DNA from: Eledone cirrhosa
Lineage: Eukaryota
Length of the DNA: 64,000 nucleotides
Reading direction: 5' to 3'
Assembly: GCA_964016885.1 (NCBI GenBank)
Contig: OZ024749.1
Location: 36,146,001 to 36,210,000 of the forward strand
Positions 13,600 to 26,395 of this stretch are shown piece after piece (position 1 is the stretch's first letter; every line of letters starts with the position of its first letter). The notes beneath the pieces are model-generated. The model did not search any database, had not been told where the DNA came from, and worked only from the letters and a program-made list of their open reading frames with translations. The translations under genes and the position numbers were made by a program.

Positions 13600-14676
13600 G
13601 ATAGCTCACTGGAAGTTGTGGGGCATTATGGGTAACTTGATTGGATGACTTTGCTACTGTAGAGTGGTGTGTGGTATGGTAGTGTGGATAGCTCACTGGA
13701 AGTTGTGGGGCATTATGGGTAACTTGATTGGATGACTTTGGTCCTGTAGAGTGGTGTGTGGTATGGTAGTGTGGATAGCTCACTGGAAGTTGTGGGGCAT
13801 TATGGGTAACTTGATTGGATGACTTTGGTCCTGTAGAGTGGTGTGTGGTATGGTAGTGTGGATAGCTCACTGGAAGTTGTGGGGCATTATGGGTAACTTG
13901 ATTGGATGACTTTGGTCCTGTGGTGTGGTATGGTAGTGTGGATAGCTCACTGGAAGTTGTGGGGCATTATGGGTAACTTGATTGGATGACTTTGGTCCTG
14001 TGGTGTGGTATGGTAGTGTGGATAGCTCACTGGAAGTTGTGGGGCATTATGGGTAACTTGATTGGATGACTTTGGTCCTGTGGTGTGGTATGGTAGTGTG
14101 GATAGCTCACTGGAAGTTGTGGGGCATTATGGGTAACTTGATTGGATGACTTTGGTCCTGTGGTGTGGTATGGTAGTGTGGATAGCTCACTGGAAGTTGT
14201 GGGGCATTATGGGTAACTTGATTGGATGACTTTGGTCCTGTGGTGTGGTATGGTAGTGTGGATAGCTCACTGGAAGTTGTGGGGCATTATGGGTAACTTG
14301 ATTGGATGACTTTGGTCCTGTGGTGTGGTATGGTAGTGTGGATAGCTCACTGGAAGTTGTGGGGCATTATGGGTAACTTGATTGGATGACTTTGGTCCTG
14401 TAGAGTGGTGTGTGGTATGGTAGTGTGGATAGCTCACTGGAAGTTGTGGGGCATTATGGGTAACTTGATTGGATGACTTTGGTCCTGTAGAGTGGTGTGT
14501 GGTATGGTAGTGTGGATAGCTCACTGGAAGTTGTGGGGCATTATGGGTAACTTGATTGGATGACTTTGGTCCTGTGGTGTGGTATGGTAGTGTGGATAGC
14601 TCACTGGAAGTTGTGGGGCATTATGGGTAACTTGATTGGATGACTTTGGTCCTGTAGAGTGGTATGGTAGTGTGGG
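13600..14676. repeat. 80/87-bp minisatellite, ~13 units
   Basis: GATAGCTCACTGGAAGTTGTGGGGCATTATGGGTAACTTGATTGGATGACTTTGGTCCTG... with unit lengths 87,87,87,80x6,87,87,80 and a final partial unit. Confidence 0.97.
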
Positions 14677-14689
14677 CATGTGAAATGTT

Positions 14690-14840
14690 AGAGAGGACAT
14701 CCAGCTGTAGAAATCAAGCCAGATCAGTTCCTGTATGAGCAAGGCATGGTCAGCCGACCAGACACTGCACACAACAGGACAACCCGTCTAACCCATGCTA
14801 GCGTGGAAGAACGGACGTAAAACGGTGATGATGATGATGA
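14690..14840 (+). mobile_element. RTE LINE 3' end fragment
   Basis: Near-identical to 30695-30839, ending GGACGTAAAACGGT(GAT)n. Confidence 0.8.
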
Positions 14841-15207
14841 TAGAGGTTTGAACACAGTTGATTTCTTCCAGAGTGAGGAAAAGGCAGTGGTAAAGAGATA
14901 TAGAGAAAGAATACTCCAGTTGTGAACTGGTACTTTTGTTCTTTGGTATTGAAGGAAGGAAATACAAAGTTGACCTTGTCTCTCCTTACACAAAATTCTC
15001 AATGAATGATTACAGGAATAACTGGACAGAATATTGAAAACTGATTGAAAATTCTCTTTTTCCCTCTCTTTTTCATCCTTCTTCTCCCTTTTAACATAAA
15101 TTATACTTTTAGTTCTTTTACTGTCTCCCTCTCTTACACTTTCTTGCTCATCCTCACTGCTCCAAAATAGTAAGAATTTCAGTGATATATACACACACAT
15201 ACACACA

Positions 15208-15530
15208 CGGACAGAGACGGACAGATGGAGAGAGAGAGACAGATGGAGAGAGAGAGAGAGACGGAGAGAGAGAGACGGACAGAGAGACGGACAGAGAGAC
15301 GGACAGAGAGACGGACAGAGAGACGGACAGAGAGACGGACAGAGAGACGGACAGAGAGACGGACAGAGAGACGGACAGAGAGACGGACAGAGAGACGGAG
15401 AGAGAGACGGAGAGAGAGACGGAGAGAGAGACGGAGAGAGAGACGGAGAGAGAGACGGGGAGAGAGACGGGGAGAGAGACGGGGAGAGAGACGGGGAGAG
15501 AGACGGGGAGAGAGAGACAGACAGAGAGAC
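15208..15530. repeat. 12-bp GACGGACAGAGA minisatellite
   Basis: Tandem units with block-wise variants. Confidence 0.95.
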
Positions 15531-15539
15531 ACACATCAC

Positions 15540-16150
15540 TGTGTTGTTGATGGGACAGTTAGAAAGTGTGCACATATTGTAATATGCAGGTTGGTGTCTG
15601 TATTCTCCTCAATGAGGGGCTCATGTCCTCCTTGTTCTTTTAAGTGTTGTTGCCTTGAAATTTCGGTGTTTGGTGAAAGAAGTAGGGTAGTCGTTCTCAG
15701 TGAGAACTCTAAAATAATTCCACCAATGTTTGTCACTACCCTCATTGTGCCTGGGAGATCTTATTCCGTACATAAGCCATTTTGGCTTTGTAGGGAAAGG
15801 TAGAATCATGGTAGAAAAATGTGTCTGAAAAGGTAGAATCATGGTAGAAAAATGTGTCTGCAGGTATCCTTCTTCTAAAATTTTGTGTATATGTGACTCT
15901 TAATGTAAAGTGGAGTAGAGAGAGGGACCCTGTGGTGTTTGTGTGCTCATCCACAAAATTCACATGCGTGCCTTCTTTTTCGAAGATGTTGTAAATCTTG
16001 ACAGCTTTTTCACATGATGATGTGGGCATCAGTATATCATCGATATACCTGGAGAAAAAGGAGCAAGAGCAGCAGGTGGTGAGTGCTGTATTCTCCAACT
16101 GGTCCATGTATGTGATGACCAGCAGGAGTAGAGGAACATGATATCAAAAC
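15540..16150 (-). mobile_element. Penelope-like reverse transcriptase pseudogene fragment
   Basis: FSRYIDDIL...FVDEH...SLSLLHFTL...DSTFPYKAK: YIDD catalytic motif with downstream motif spacing typical of PLE RTs; contains stops, frameshifts and a 30-bp duplication. Confidence 0.7.
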
Positions 16151-16289
16151 TAAATGGATATCTATTCTAAGAGTGGTAGAGTAAAGTTCTTTTCGTCTGA
16201 TGATTACTTCGTGTGAGCTGTCTGTGTCCAGGGAAAGTGAAGGAGGGGTTTCAGAAGTCTGGAGAGAAATCATGAAATTTTGTAGAATA

Positions 16290-16296
<7 letters not shown>

Positions 16297-16325
<29 letters not shown>

Positions 16326-16527
16326 TGTATGTATGTATGTATGTATGTATGTATGTATGTATGTATGTATGTATGTATGTATGTATGTATGTATGTATGT
16401 ATGTATGTATGTATGTATGTATGTATGTATGTATGTATGTATGTATGTATGTATGTATGTATGTATGTATGTATGTATGTATGTATGTATGTATGTATGT
16501 ATGTATGTATGTATGTATGTATGTATG
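16297..16527. repeat. (ATGT)n microsatellite
   Basis: Perfect tetranucleotide run. Confidence 0.97.
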
Positions 16528-17262
16528 TCAGGTCACCAGTTGGTGCTACTGGTAACATGTATCCCAGTACAACCTGTCCCATGGTCGGGTCGTTGGCGAC
16601 TAAACTGGCAACCCCACCAAGGTTTCTTGGTGAGGAGTGTGACTTTGGACATCCTGCAGGACTAAAAACAAAACCTGTCAAAGGGCAAAGGAGCTCTTAA
16701 GAGTCAATGGCCATCCAAAATCACTGGGAGAGATGACCCCTTAGCCTTTGTCAAGGCAGAATTCTAGGAGAAGGAAAACTCTGATATAACACCTGCAACC
16801 CTGATGATATCCAATGATGTTGACTTGTTCTTCTTTTTGGTAAATATCATCTTGGTTAAGAGAGTGGGAATGGCTTTGTGCAGTGCCTTTGCTCACTATA
16901 AAAGCTTCACGGCACAGGCATTGCTTTATATCTGGAGATCTCTCTGCACTTGTCGTCACATGGTACCATGGGCCCAGCAGTATGTGTCAATAATTGTCAC
17001 AAGTGTAGTGTTTGTACCAAAGTTTTCAAGTCGCTGGCCGGACTGAAAAGTCACACTCGTTCAGCACATCGGTAGGGTTCTCCTACATGGATATAAAGTA
17101 GTGGCCGTACTCGAAAACGAGTTGGCAGCCACCATGTATGTATGTATGTATGTATGTATGTATGTATGTATGTATGTATGTATGTATGTATGTATGTATG
17201 TATGTATGTATGTATGTATGTATGTATGTATGTATGTATGTATGTATGTATGTATGTATGTA
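16526..17262 (+). mobile_element. Internally deleted non-autonomous RTE-like element
   Basis: RTE-type leader motif CTAGGAGAAGGAAAACTCTGA, then a C-terminal C2H2 finger CSVCTKVFKSLAGLKSHTRSAH*, a stem-loop CTCG-AAAA-CGAG, GGCAGCCACC and an (ATGT)n tail. Confidence 0.65.
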
Positions 17263-17577
17263 TGTGTGTGTGTATCATAGATGTTAAGAATACATTGTAT
17301 CTCAAACTTGAAACCGTTTCTTATTCTACTTTGATAAAGGGTTCCAACCGAAACGTTAGATCCCTTCTTTCGTTTCTATTCAGTGTAAATAACTTCACTG
17401 TACGCACATTGTTGAAACATCTGTGGAAATATTTTGTCAATCACGTGTCTTCTTTTTTTTCACTTTTTCAATGTTTTTAACTTTTACATTTTAACTTTGT
17501 TCCACTATTCTATGTTCTCACATTTTGTGTGTGTGTATGTGTATGTATGTAAGTATGTATGTATGTATGTATGTGTG

Positions 17578-18059
17578 TATCTGCTGATACATGGGAAAAT
17601 ATTGCTGGTGATCGTAATAAATGGTGAAAGACTGTATATGAGGGAAAAGTTGCCTTTGAGGCATCTCGAATCGCATACGAGAAAGTAAAGCGGGATGTGA
17701 GGAAGGGCATTGCTGTTGCACTTCCAGACGGCAAGGGTCCTCCTATGGTACTGTCATGCAGCGTCTGTGTGTGACTCTGCCTAAGCAAAGCTGGACTCGA
17801 AAGTCATCTTCGCAGTCATAAAGTAAGACCAGTGGTTGACTACCAGGCTGCTGTTGGAGATGCTACTCATCATGCTTGCCAAGCATGTGGTAGAGATTGT
17901 AAATCAGCAGGAGGGCTCAAGCGACATGCAAAAGTACATGAACTCGAACCACAGCCGGCTATTCCCAGTGAATGTTTTGGTTGCCGACTCTGTGCAAGAC
18001 ATTTTAGATCATTGGCTGGGCTAAAAAGCCACATTCGATCGCAGCGCTGTTAATTGCCA

Positions 18060-18122
<63 letters not shown>

Positions 18123-18130
18123 GATATGTT

Positions 18131-18161
<31 letters not shown>

Positions 18162-18288
18162 GTATATTATTATTGTTGTTATTGTCGTTATTATTATTGT
18201 TGTTATTATTATTATTGTTATTAATATATATATATATTTTGTTTCTCGTACAATAGCCATACTCGATAACGAGGGGGCAGCCATCATG

Positions 18289-18292
<4 letters not shown>
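17578..18292 (+). mobile_element. 5'-truncated RTE-like LINE with three C-terminal C2H2 zinc fingers
   Basis: ISADTWENIAGDRNKW*KTVYEG followed by CSVC..LSKAGLESHLRSH, CQACGRDCKSAGGLKRHAKVH and CRLCARHFRSLAGLKSHIRS. Terminal stem-loop CTCG-ATAA-CGAG GGGGCAGCCATC at ~18260-18285. Confidence 0.7.
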
Positions 18293-18348
<56 letters not shown>

Positions 18349-18396
18349 TCTATGTGCTCCTGTATGTGTGTGGATATATATGTTGGATATATACAT

Positions 18397-18435
<39 letters not shown>

Positions 18436-19434
18436 CATGCGCGTGGGGACACACACACACATATCCCCCCAGACAACACTAAATTTAAATTAATCTATCA
18501 TAGATCCACCTTATAATTTTTGAAATAGAAAGCTACAACGCCTACCATAAACAAACTTTTTTATTAAGTCATCTTTTACCAATAAAATCAAGAAATTATA
18601 TTTAGAATTCAAATAAATATGATAAATTAATATACAATACAATTTAATGAAACAAACGAACCACAAACATTCTGTTGCAGACATGACATACAGTCTTAGA
18701 TGAGAGATATAGCCAGAATAATATCTGATTACCTCCAGCAATTTAGCTAATGAGTTAGTTCCACACAACGACAACCACAGTCATTTTGATATAGATTACA
18801 TACATTCCCAGAATGTTATTCTGATTAACTCAGTCTACTTGGCTGATGAGCAGGTTCCATACTAAAGTTCCAAATTTCTGTCCTTGTCCTTATGTAATAA
18901 TTTAGTACTATATTTCATTGTATATAATACGACTTGAGTATAATATCACACCTGTTTTTGAAGCTAAAAAGCAAAGCAAGAATAAAATCATCCTTGTGTA
19001 TATGATACTGGAGTAGAAACATGTGTATGTAAATTTGTATTGTAAATTTGTTTCAAAATCTTTATTTCACACATATTTTGCTATAATATTCAGTTTCTCA
19101 TAAAGTTAAAGAAATAAAACAACCAGATGACTTATCCTACTTCCTGTTTCAAAACAAGATTTTGAATTTTTATGAAATATTGATATAACCTTGCTATTTA
19201 AAATGACTATATTTAAGCTCAGTAAAAATTTCTGAAAATATGTACTTATGCTTTATACCACTCCTTTTTTGTCCTTAATTTTAATTAAATTAATAATTTC
19301 TCATATTATGCATGAGAAAATATTTGTTATACCCAGGAGCAGGACTGGGTATGTGGTGTATTGTTCCATTCTTGAGCTGCTTCTGATATATTTTCTATAA
19401 AATTGCTTATTTTTCTTTTTCGTATTTTTTACAG

Positions 19435-19566
19435 ATGCCCACCGGGCATTAGAATTACTTGAGGATTACCACAGCCGCTTGACCAAACCACAAGACAAAG
19501 CTCTAAAAAATGCCATAGAGCGGGTCATCAGGATTTTTAAAAGCCGTTTGTTTCAAGCCCTATTAG
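19435..19566 (+). CDS. dlg1: dlg1 (discs large 1/SAP97) coding exon, first part of L27 domain
   Basis: 132-nt exon between a polypyrimidine tract ending TTTTTTACAG and a GTAAGT donor, phase 1-1. Translates (D)AHRALELLEDYHSRLTKPQDKALKNAIERVIRIFKSRLFQALL, closely matching my recollection of the Drosophila Dlg-S97 and vertebrate SAP97 L27 region. The upstream MPVxKQ start exon was not found in the window. Confidence 0.96.
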
Positions 19567-22500
19567 GTAAGTGGAGCCCTTCACTTTATTTTACATATTT
19601 TTTAACCCTTTCATAGATTTCACTTCATTTCACACAGTTTTTGTATTGATTTTTTTTCAATTAATGGAGTTTTCAGATGATATTGACTTTCATGAGTGAA
19701 ACTTTCAATATCATTTGTGATGCTGAGAATATTACAGATAATACTGAGAGTATTGGCAATACATAGTATTCCAAGCAATACTTGAAGAATCAACGTGGTA
19801 CTCAGTATATCATAGGTGGCCCTCAGTATCACAGGCAGTACATTGTGTCACTGGCAACACTCAGTGTCACTAGTGGTACTCTGTGTTACTGGCAATAGTT
19901 GAAGTGTTACAAACATGAACATATCAGATGTTTCATTTAGTGTTAACCCCAGGGTATTCATTAATGGCACTTTTGCCCAGCTCTATAAAAGTCTTTATAT
20001 TTATCTAATAACATTTCATCATAATTTTTTTGTAAGAACCTTTATGTTCCAAACACCAACTTGATAATAAGATAATAAGAAAGAAAATTATATTATTAAA
20101 ATTCCACCAAATTCATGATTATTTTCAAATCTATTTGAAAGCCATAGGCAGTGTCTTTCATTAGAAATATGGTAACAAATGGGTTAAGTTTCCACACCTG
20201 TTTTTCTGTACTCATCACAATGAATATATCATTAACATACCTGGTATATATAATGAAGTAACAAATAATTATGTTCTCAAGAGTAACCAAACAGAATGTT
20301 ACAAATGTGGGTTAGAAATGGGAATATTGGTTGTGCAGGCCAGGAGAAACTCTGTAAAGTGATTGGTGTTAGGTCGAGGAGCCAAAAATGGAATGTATGA
20401 ATGACATGTGGTCCTTCAACTCACCTGTAACGCCAATAACTCTTTAAAAGAACTCACTCAAACTGTGACAATCCATTCAAACAATGTTAGCATGAAATGA
20501 AAAACAAAACATGAAATTCACAGCTCACACCCATGCTAGTTTGCCTGGCTTCCAACAAAATGTCTCAGGAGGTCTATTAAGCGTTTTAATGTTAGAAGCC
20601 TCAGTCATATTATGTTGGTTGTTTTAACTCACACTTATGCAGGTTTAGCTGGTGTCCTAAAAGGTTGCATCTCATCGGAGGTTTCTTGGGTATTTTAATG
20701 ATAGGGGCCTCAATCATATCGTGTAGATCACCCCTATGTAGGTTTATATCTCAGTTTTCCTGGATATTTTAATGATTGTGGCACCTGTCTTATATTCTTG
20801 TTGTCGCAGTTCTCACTTTTGTAAATTTAGCTGACTTCCTATGTGGTTCTATCCTAAACGTTTTTCAGGTATTTTAAAATGAAATTCTAGTAGCCATTAA
20901 AGTGAGTGTGTAATGGAAACAAAGCACTCTTAGTTTACAATGGTCTCTCTTGTAACATAAACATCAAAGATATAGAAAATGCTTAAATGGGTCTTTAATT
21001 AAATGACCTAATTAGTGGTGGTGGTTGGGGTGGCTTAATGATGTTACCATCTTTAGTCTGGAGGAATTATCACCCAGATGAACAAAAGACTGGTCAAAGA
21101 TTTTAACAAATTCACAATGGCTGATGGTGTTGGTGATGATGATGGGATATAAAATCACTAAGATCAAAGGAGCAGAGACTGTTTGTATGTGTCAGGTTAC
21201 TCATTGTAGCATTAGTAGTAGTGGTAGTAGCATTATGGTAATAGTAGCAGTAGCATTAGTGATAGTAGTGGTAGTAGTGGCAGTAGCATTAGTGGTGGTA
21301 GTAGCATTAGTGGTAGTGGTGGTAGTAGCATTAGTGGTAGTAGTGGTAGTAGCATTAGTGATAGTAGTTGCAGTAGCATTAGTGGTGGTAGTTCTAGTGG
21401 GTTGATGGTAGCGGTGTACTGTTTTTAATCAATATTACTATAGAAACGTTAGTTTGATGATGTTTATGGTGATGGTGGTAGTTGTGTTGATTGTGACAGT
21501 ATGGGTGGTGGTGGTTGTGTTGATGGTGTTGATAGTGGTGATGGCGAGAGTGTAGTTGGTGATGACAATATTAGTGATGATGAGAATGATAACAATGATG
21601 ATGTTGATGTCAGTGATGATGATAATGACCATGACGACAGTAATGATGAAAATGATGATGATGATGATTTAGATTTTAAAGAACCCCAGTTTTTTCTACT
21701 AAATGAATTGATTGATTTTTCAGTTCTAGTTGGTAAAATATTGGTATTGATTAGCATTGTGATTCCATCCCAATATTCTCTGATAAAATAGAACGCTTGA
21801 CTAAGTTATTGAATTTTAAAATTACTATTATGAAAAGTTGATGTTAACACTATTTATTAATGGAGAGAAAAAATATATATTTGATTTCTCTCCTGATAAT
21901 TCTTCCTCTATAATCTCAGTACATCATCATTCTTATGGTAGTGGATAAAGTACACAGCTTCACAGACAGTGTTGTTCCCTCTCTCTATATATATATATAT
22001 GTCATCATCATCATCATCCTCATTTAACGTCTGCTTTCCCGGCTAACAAGGGTTTGACATAGACTAAGTCAGTACTGAAGCGGGGATACTGACCTTCTAA
22101 ACAGGTGGGGAGTCTGCATCTCACTTACATATGATCTTACATTCTATAGAGTACACAGGAGTGGTTGTCGTGCTTTTTACACAATTTAAGGGTCCTCCTA
22201 ACCCTTTGTTTGGCTGCATGTACTTCCTATCACCAACCACCTTACTGGGTTGGTCCTTGTCCCAATGGAAGAGCCTTCTCTGCTCAGTGGTAGTGATGGT
22301 GGAGGCAATAGGAGGTTAAGTGCTTTTGTGGGGGGAAGCAGCTAAGGAGTGAATGCTGAAGAGGGCATGGGTGAGGTGGTGTGGTGATGGTGAGGATAGC
22401 TACAAGGGAGCGCTGGTGGACATGGAGAGGGGACAAGCCAAGTCACATTGTATGCTGTTGGCTGAATCTTCATCAGCACGGCATAGTGCCAGCCCTTTTG

Positions 22501-23380
22501 GTCCTTTTGTCATTTCTGTCATGAGGTTTAGTTTTTAAAGGTCACTCCTCACAATTTCATCCTATGTCTTCCTGAGTCTGCCTCTTCCATGGGTTCCAGC
22601 CGCTGGGGTTTCTGTGTGTGTGTGTGTGTGTGTGGTGTCCACACTGTAAAGTGATCATGCAGGTGTCTTGACAAAAAGCACCCGGTTCACATTGTAATGT
22701 TCTGTGGATGTCACAACAAAAAGCATCCAGCACACACTGTAAATGTGGTTGGCATTAAGGGCATCTAGCCATATAAACCAAGCCAGAAACAGTTCTGTAT
22801 GAGCAAGACATGGTCATCTGGTCTGACTACTCTAACAGGACAACTCATCAAACCCATGCTAGCATTAAAAAATGGACATTAAATGGTGGTGGTGGTGGTG
22901 ATGATGTGTGTGTGTGCCCATGTCTGTTAACTATTTTGCTTTGCAACTGCATGATTCTGGGTTCAATCTTTTCCTGATAAATCTTTTCCTGTTGTCTCAG
23001 TAATAGGTTATTCTTGTGGCAATGAATAAAGAACAGATCTTCACATTGATATTGCTGTTTTGTTTTCCCCTTCCCTTTTATATGTTAAAGCCTTTTTGAT
23101 ACCAACCTGACTAAAATCACCTGATTCTATGAACCAAAACAATCCATTTATGTTATAAGGGATCCTATATAAATTAAATCTTATAAGATAAGTTTATATA
23201 AATGAAATAATTAATAATCCTATTAGATTACTCATTAATTACTTCATTAAGATCCTGTACTACATAAAAACCACAGTAAGACATCCTTGAAAAGCACAAA
23301 ACAGCACTGTGATTGCATCTGATTAGAAATTGCCTTTACTCTAATACTGCATTTTTCACAACAATCTGTCCACTGGTTAA

Positions 23381-23588
23381 CCCTTTAGCATTTAAAGCAG
23401 CTGTATCTGGCCAGAATTCTCTCACCTCTTTCTGTTCAAACCAGTTGTAACCAGCCACTCATACTGACATTAAGGTATTGTTCTCAAAATGAATAATATA
23501 AAAATCTCATAGATTCAATATTATGTGAGATATTGCTTTTACTGTGAAAATGTAATAGTAAATATAGAGTAATGTAAATGCTAAAGGG
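23381..23588. mobile_element. piggyBac-like MITE family D1
   Basis: TIRs CCCTTTAGCATTTA/TAAATGCTAAAGGG with TTAA on both sides; homologous to 36611-36808 and 62362-62559. Confidence 0.85.
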
Positions 23589-23916
23589 TTAAGAGTTTAA
23601 TTTAGTTTCATTACCATATTTCATTAGAAATATGGTAAAGAAAGGTTTAAAACTTAATTGAGCAAACATAACGTAACTACCAGTGTGACCTGTTGCATAT
23701 AAGGAGGAGATCTATGAAATAAGGGCTGAAGCTATTAAGTGGCAGGTGGTACAGTACATTACAGTCAATTCAGAGATCAAGGCTGAAAGATAGATAGATA
23801 GATGGTTATAGATAGGTAGGTAGATAGAGAGATGGATTAATAGATAGATAGATAGATAGGTAGGTAGGTTGGCAAATAAAGAGAAAGATAGATAGATACA
23901 GGGATACATACATAGA

Positions 23917-24955
23917 TATCTTTCTTTATTTGCCACAGGGGCGTACAAAATGGGACATTACAAGACGTGACGGCAGGGGTTTTACATAAAAATCATAACT
24001 TTAACATTAATAAATAACAAACTATAAAAATAAAATAACAATTGAAATCCCCAATAGGGAGGGAATGTTACTGCAGGGTTGTTTTACACCCCATGGATAG
24101 AACAACCCTCAACACCAGGAACACGTTTTGTAGGTGTTCCCGTCTTCCCTCTGTTTGTCTTCCTCAACCTACAGGTTTATATACAGAGAAGGCCCATTCA
24201 CTCGGGCCATTTTCGCCACATTCACTCACCTTTCAGCGAATTTACTGGGGTGTAGCACCTCTCTCTCTCCACTCTCACCTTCCTTCTAAAGTGGTACTTA
24301 AAGAAGGGGATAAGTTGTTGTCCGGAGAAAAAGGTGTTTGCCCTCAGCCCTTTTAACCTCGTCCACCATATTACCTCTTTCGCCATAGCCATCAGACAGA
24401 GGAAAACCACCTCTCCTTCATTCTTAAATGAAGGCAGCGGGGTGATCCTCACAATGGACTCGGCTGACAACTGGATGCGTCCCACACGTGACAGTAACTG
24501 TTCAACATAATTCCACAGGTCGGTCACCCCTGGGCACTGAACAATTGCATGCAGAACGGTTTCGATGTCCTGCTCGCATCTTGGAGAGGTCCTTTTGGCA
24601 GGATCTCTGCCAGGGTGTCCGTTCCTGTAGATTTTGTTTTGAACTGGTAGAGCTCCTTGGTAGCACTGCCAGGCCAGAGACCTCTGGAAGTTATCCATAG
24701 GTCCTGGACGGAAAGTCCTCCCAAACAGACTGGTCAGTTCATCCTCCTCGATGCCTAGAGTTTCCCCGAGAACGTCGTCGCACTTATCCTCCACTAATCC
24801 CCTATAGAATATCGAAGTGGAGTCTCCGCTTGGCTGTGAGTGCTTGAAGGCACTCGAGGTGCCAGGCACCCATTTTAAGTCTTCGCTCAGGACTGCAGCT
24901 CTGTTAGTGAGACGAGTTGTGAAAGAGCTTGTCTCACAAACGACAGCCACAACGG
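23917..24955 (-). mobile_element. L1/Tx1-clade LINE 3' fragment (zf-RVT-like C-terminal domain)
   Basis: ORF 24222-24950: SLAWQCYQGALPV...SPRCEQDIETVLHAIVQC...LWNYVEQLL...AKEVIWWTR, a CCHC-type zf-RVT signature; 3' end AATAAAGAAAGA. Confidence 0.8.
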
Positions 24956-25802
24956 TTCACCGGTCAGGAATACCTGGAGATGGCGTAGCTTCAGTGCATG
25001 TTTGTGCATCATCAGCCACGGCACATACATAGATAAACAGACTGACAGATATATAGATAGGTAGGTCTGCAGATAGAGAGATAAGCAAACAAACAGATAG
25101 GTTGATATATATATAGGTAGATACAGCTCATGACTGCATTCTTGCTGTAGTTAGTCACCATAACAACCATAGATCTGTTGATAGTGAGGGTGGGGTTTGT
25201 TGTGATGGTGGGGGTGGTAGTTAATGTAGTCAGTCAACTGTACTGATGTAATACCCTTGGTGGTGCTGTGGTGAGATCACAAGATCAAGGAGGGGAGGAA
25301 GGTCTCTCAAGATTTCATACTCATCATCATCATTGCCACCTCCACCACTGCTGTTAGCATCATCATCACTGCCACTACCATCATTATCATTATCATCATC
25401 ATCATCGTCATCACCACTGCCACCATCACCTTTTTGACCTTTCCTTCTTTGATGCAGTGGATCATTCAGGGTGTGTTAGCTAGCTGGAAGGAAAGTTGGG
25501 TCTGTCTGCTACAATATTTATCAACCCCGAAAGGATGAAAGGCAAAGAGGCCTGTGGCAGGACTTGAACTCATATGCAATTCCTTAATGACTCATGAAAC
25601 ACACACTGATATTTCAAACGATGCATGCATGCATGATCCCGTAACTCCTGATGAAGTCGAAGGGATGCTGTATTTACATATGGCCTTTCTAGGGCATTTT
25701 TTTAAACTTGGCAGAGCCTACCTTCATCTCCAGGTCTGAATACAGCATATTTCTTCCATAGAGAGCTAGGGAAAGAGATATAGAGGAAGAATCGGCCCCA
25801 TA

Positions 25803-25981
25803 TTGGCAGTATCGGTAGGGGGTCGGACGCCATGCTTTCCAGCATAGTTACGTCCCTTAACGATCTGAGTTCAAATCCCGCCGAGGTTGACTTTGCCTTT
25901 CATCCTTACGGGGTCGATAAAATAAAGTACCAGTAATGCACTGGGTTACTGCTGGCCTTGTGCCAAAAGTAGAAACAATTA
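25803..25981 (+). mobile_element. SINE family A copy
   Basis: Near-identical to 34948-35131. Confidence 0.85.
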
Positions 25982-26395
25982 TTAGACTGGTACATTTTTT
26001 TTTTTTAACAACTTCGAATGGATGAAAGGCAAAGTTGATCTTGGCAGGATTTGAACTCAGAGAGTAGAGAACTGGAACAAATACTACAAAACATTCTATC
26101 AGATGTTCTAATGACTCTGCCAATTTGCTGCATTATTTCAAACGAAAATTACTGTATACACTTTATATAGAATAGAATGGATCTCTGTTTGACTAATGTA
26201 ACAACGTGCTGGTGAAATTTATGTTTAAGTGCTTGAGCATTCCACAGGCAAATGTACCCATAACGTAATTCTCTGGGAGATTCAGGTCATTGCCAGCTAG
26301 TGAAGAAAACAGATGTTAAATGATGAAGACAATGTGTAACAAAGCTGACCCCTTGAATTTTATGCACAGTTCATTTTGTATTATAGTATAATAGA

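Noticed and set aside
13600-14676. CRISPR-like regular array
   Set aside because: Head-to-tail identical units with no unique spacers, in a eukaryotic context.
17322-17362. Hammerhead-like TTGATAAAGGGTTCCAACCGAAACGTTAGA
   Set aside because: Two mismatches in CUGANGA and a poor stem I; at best a dead PLE-type motif.
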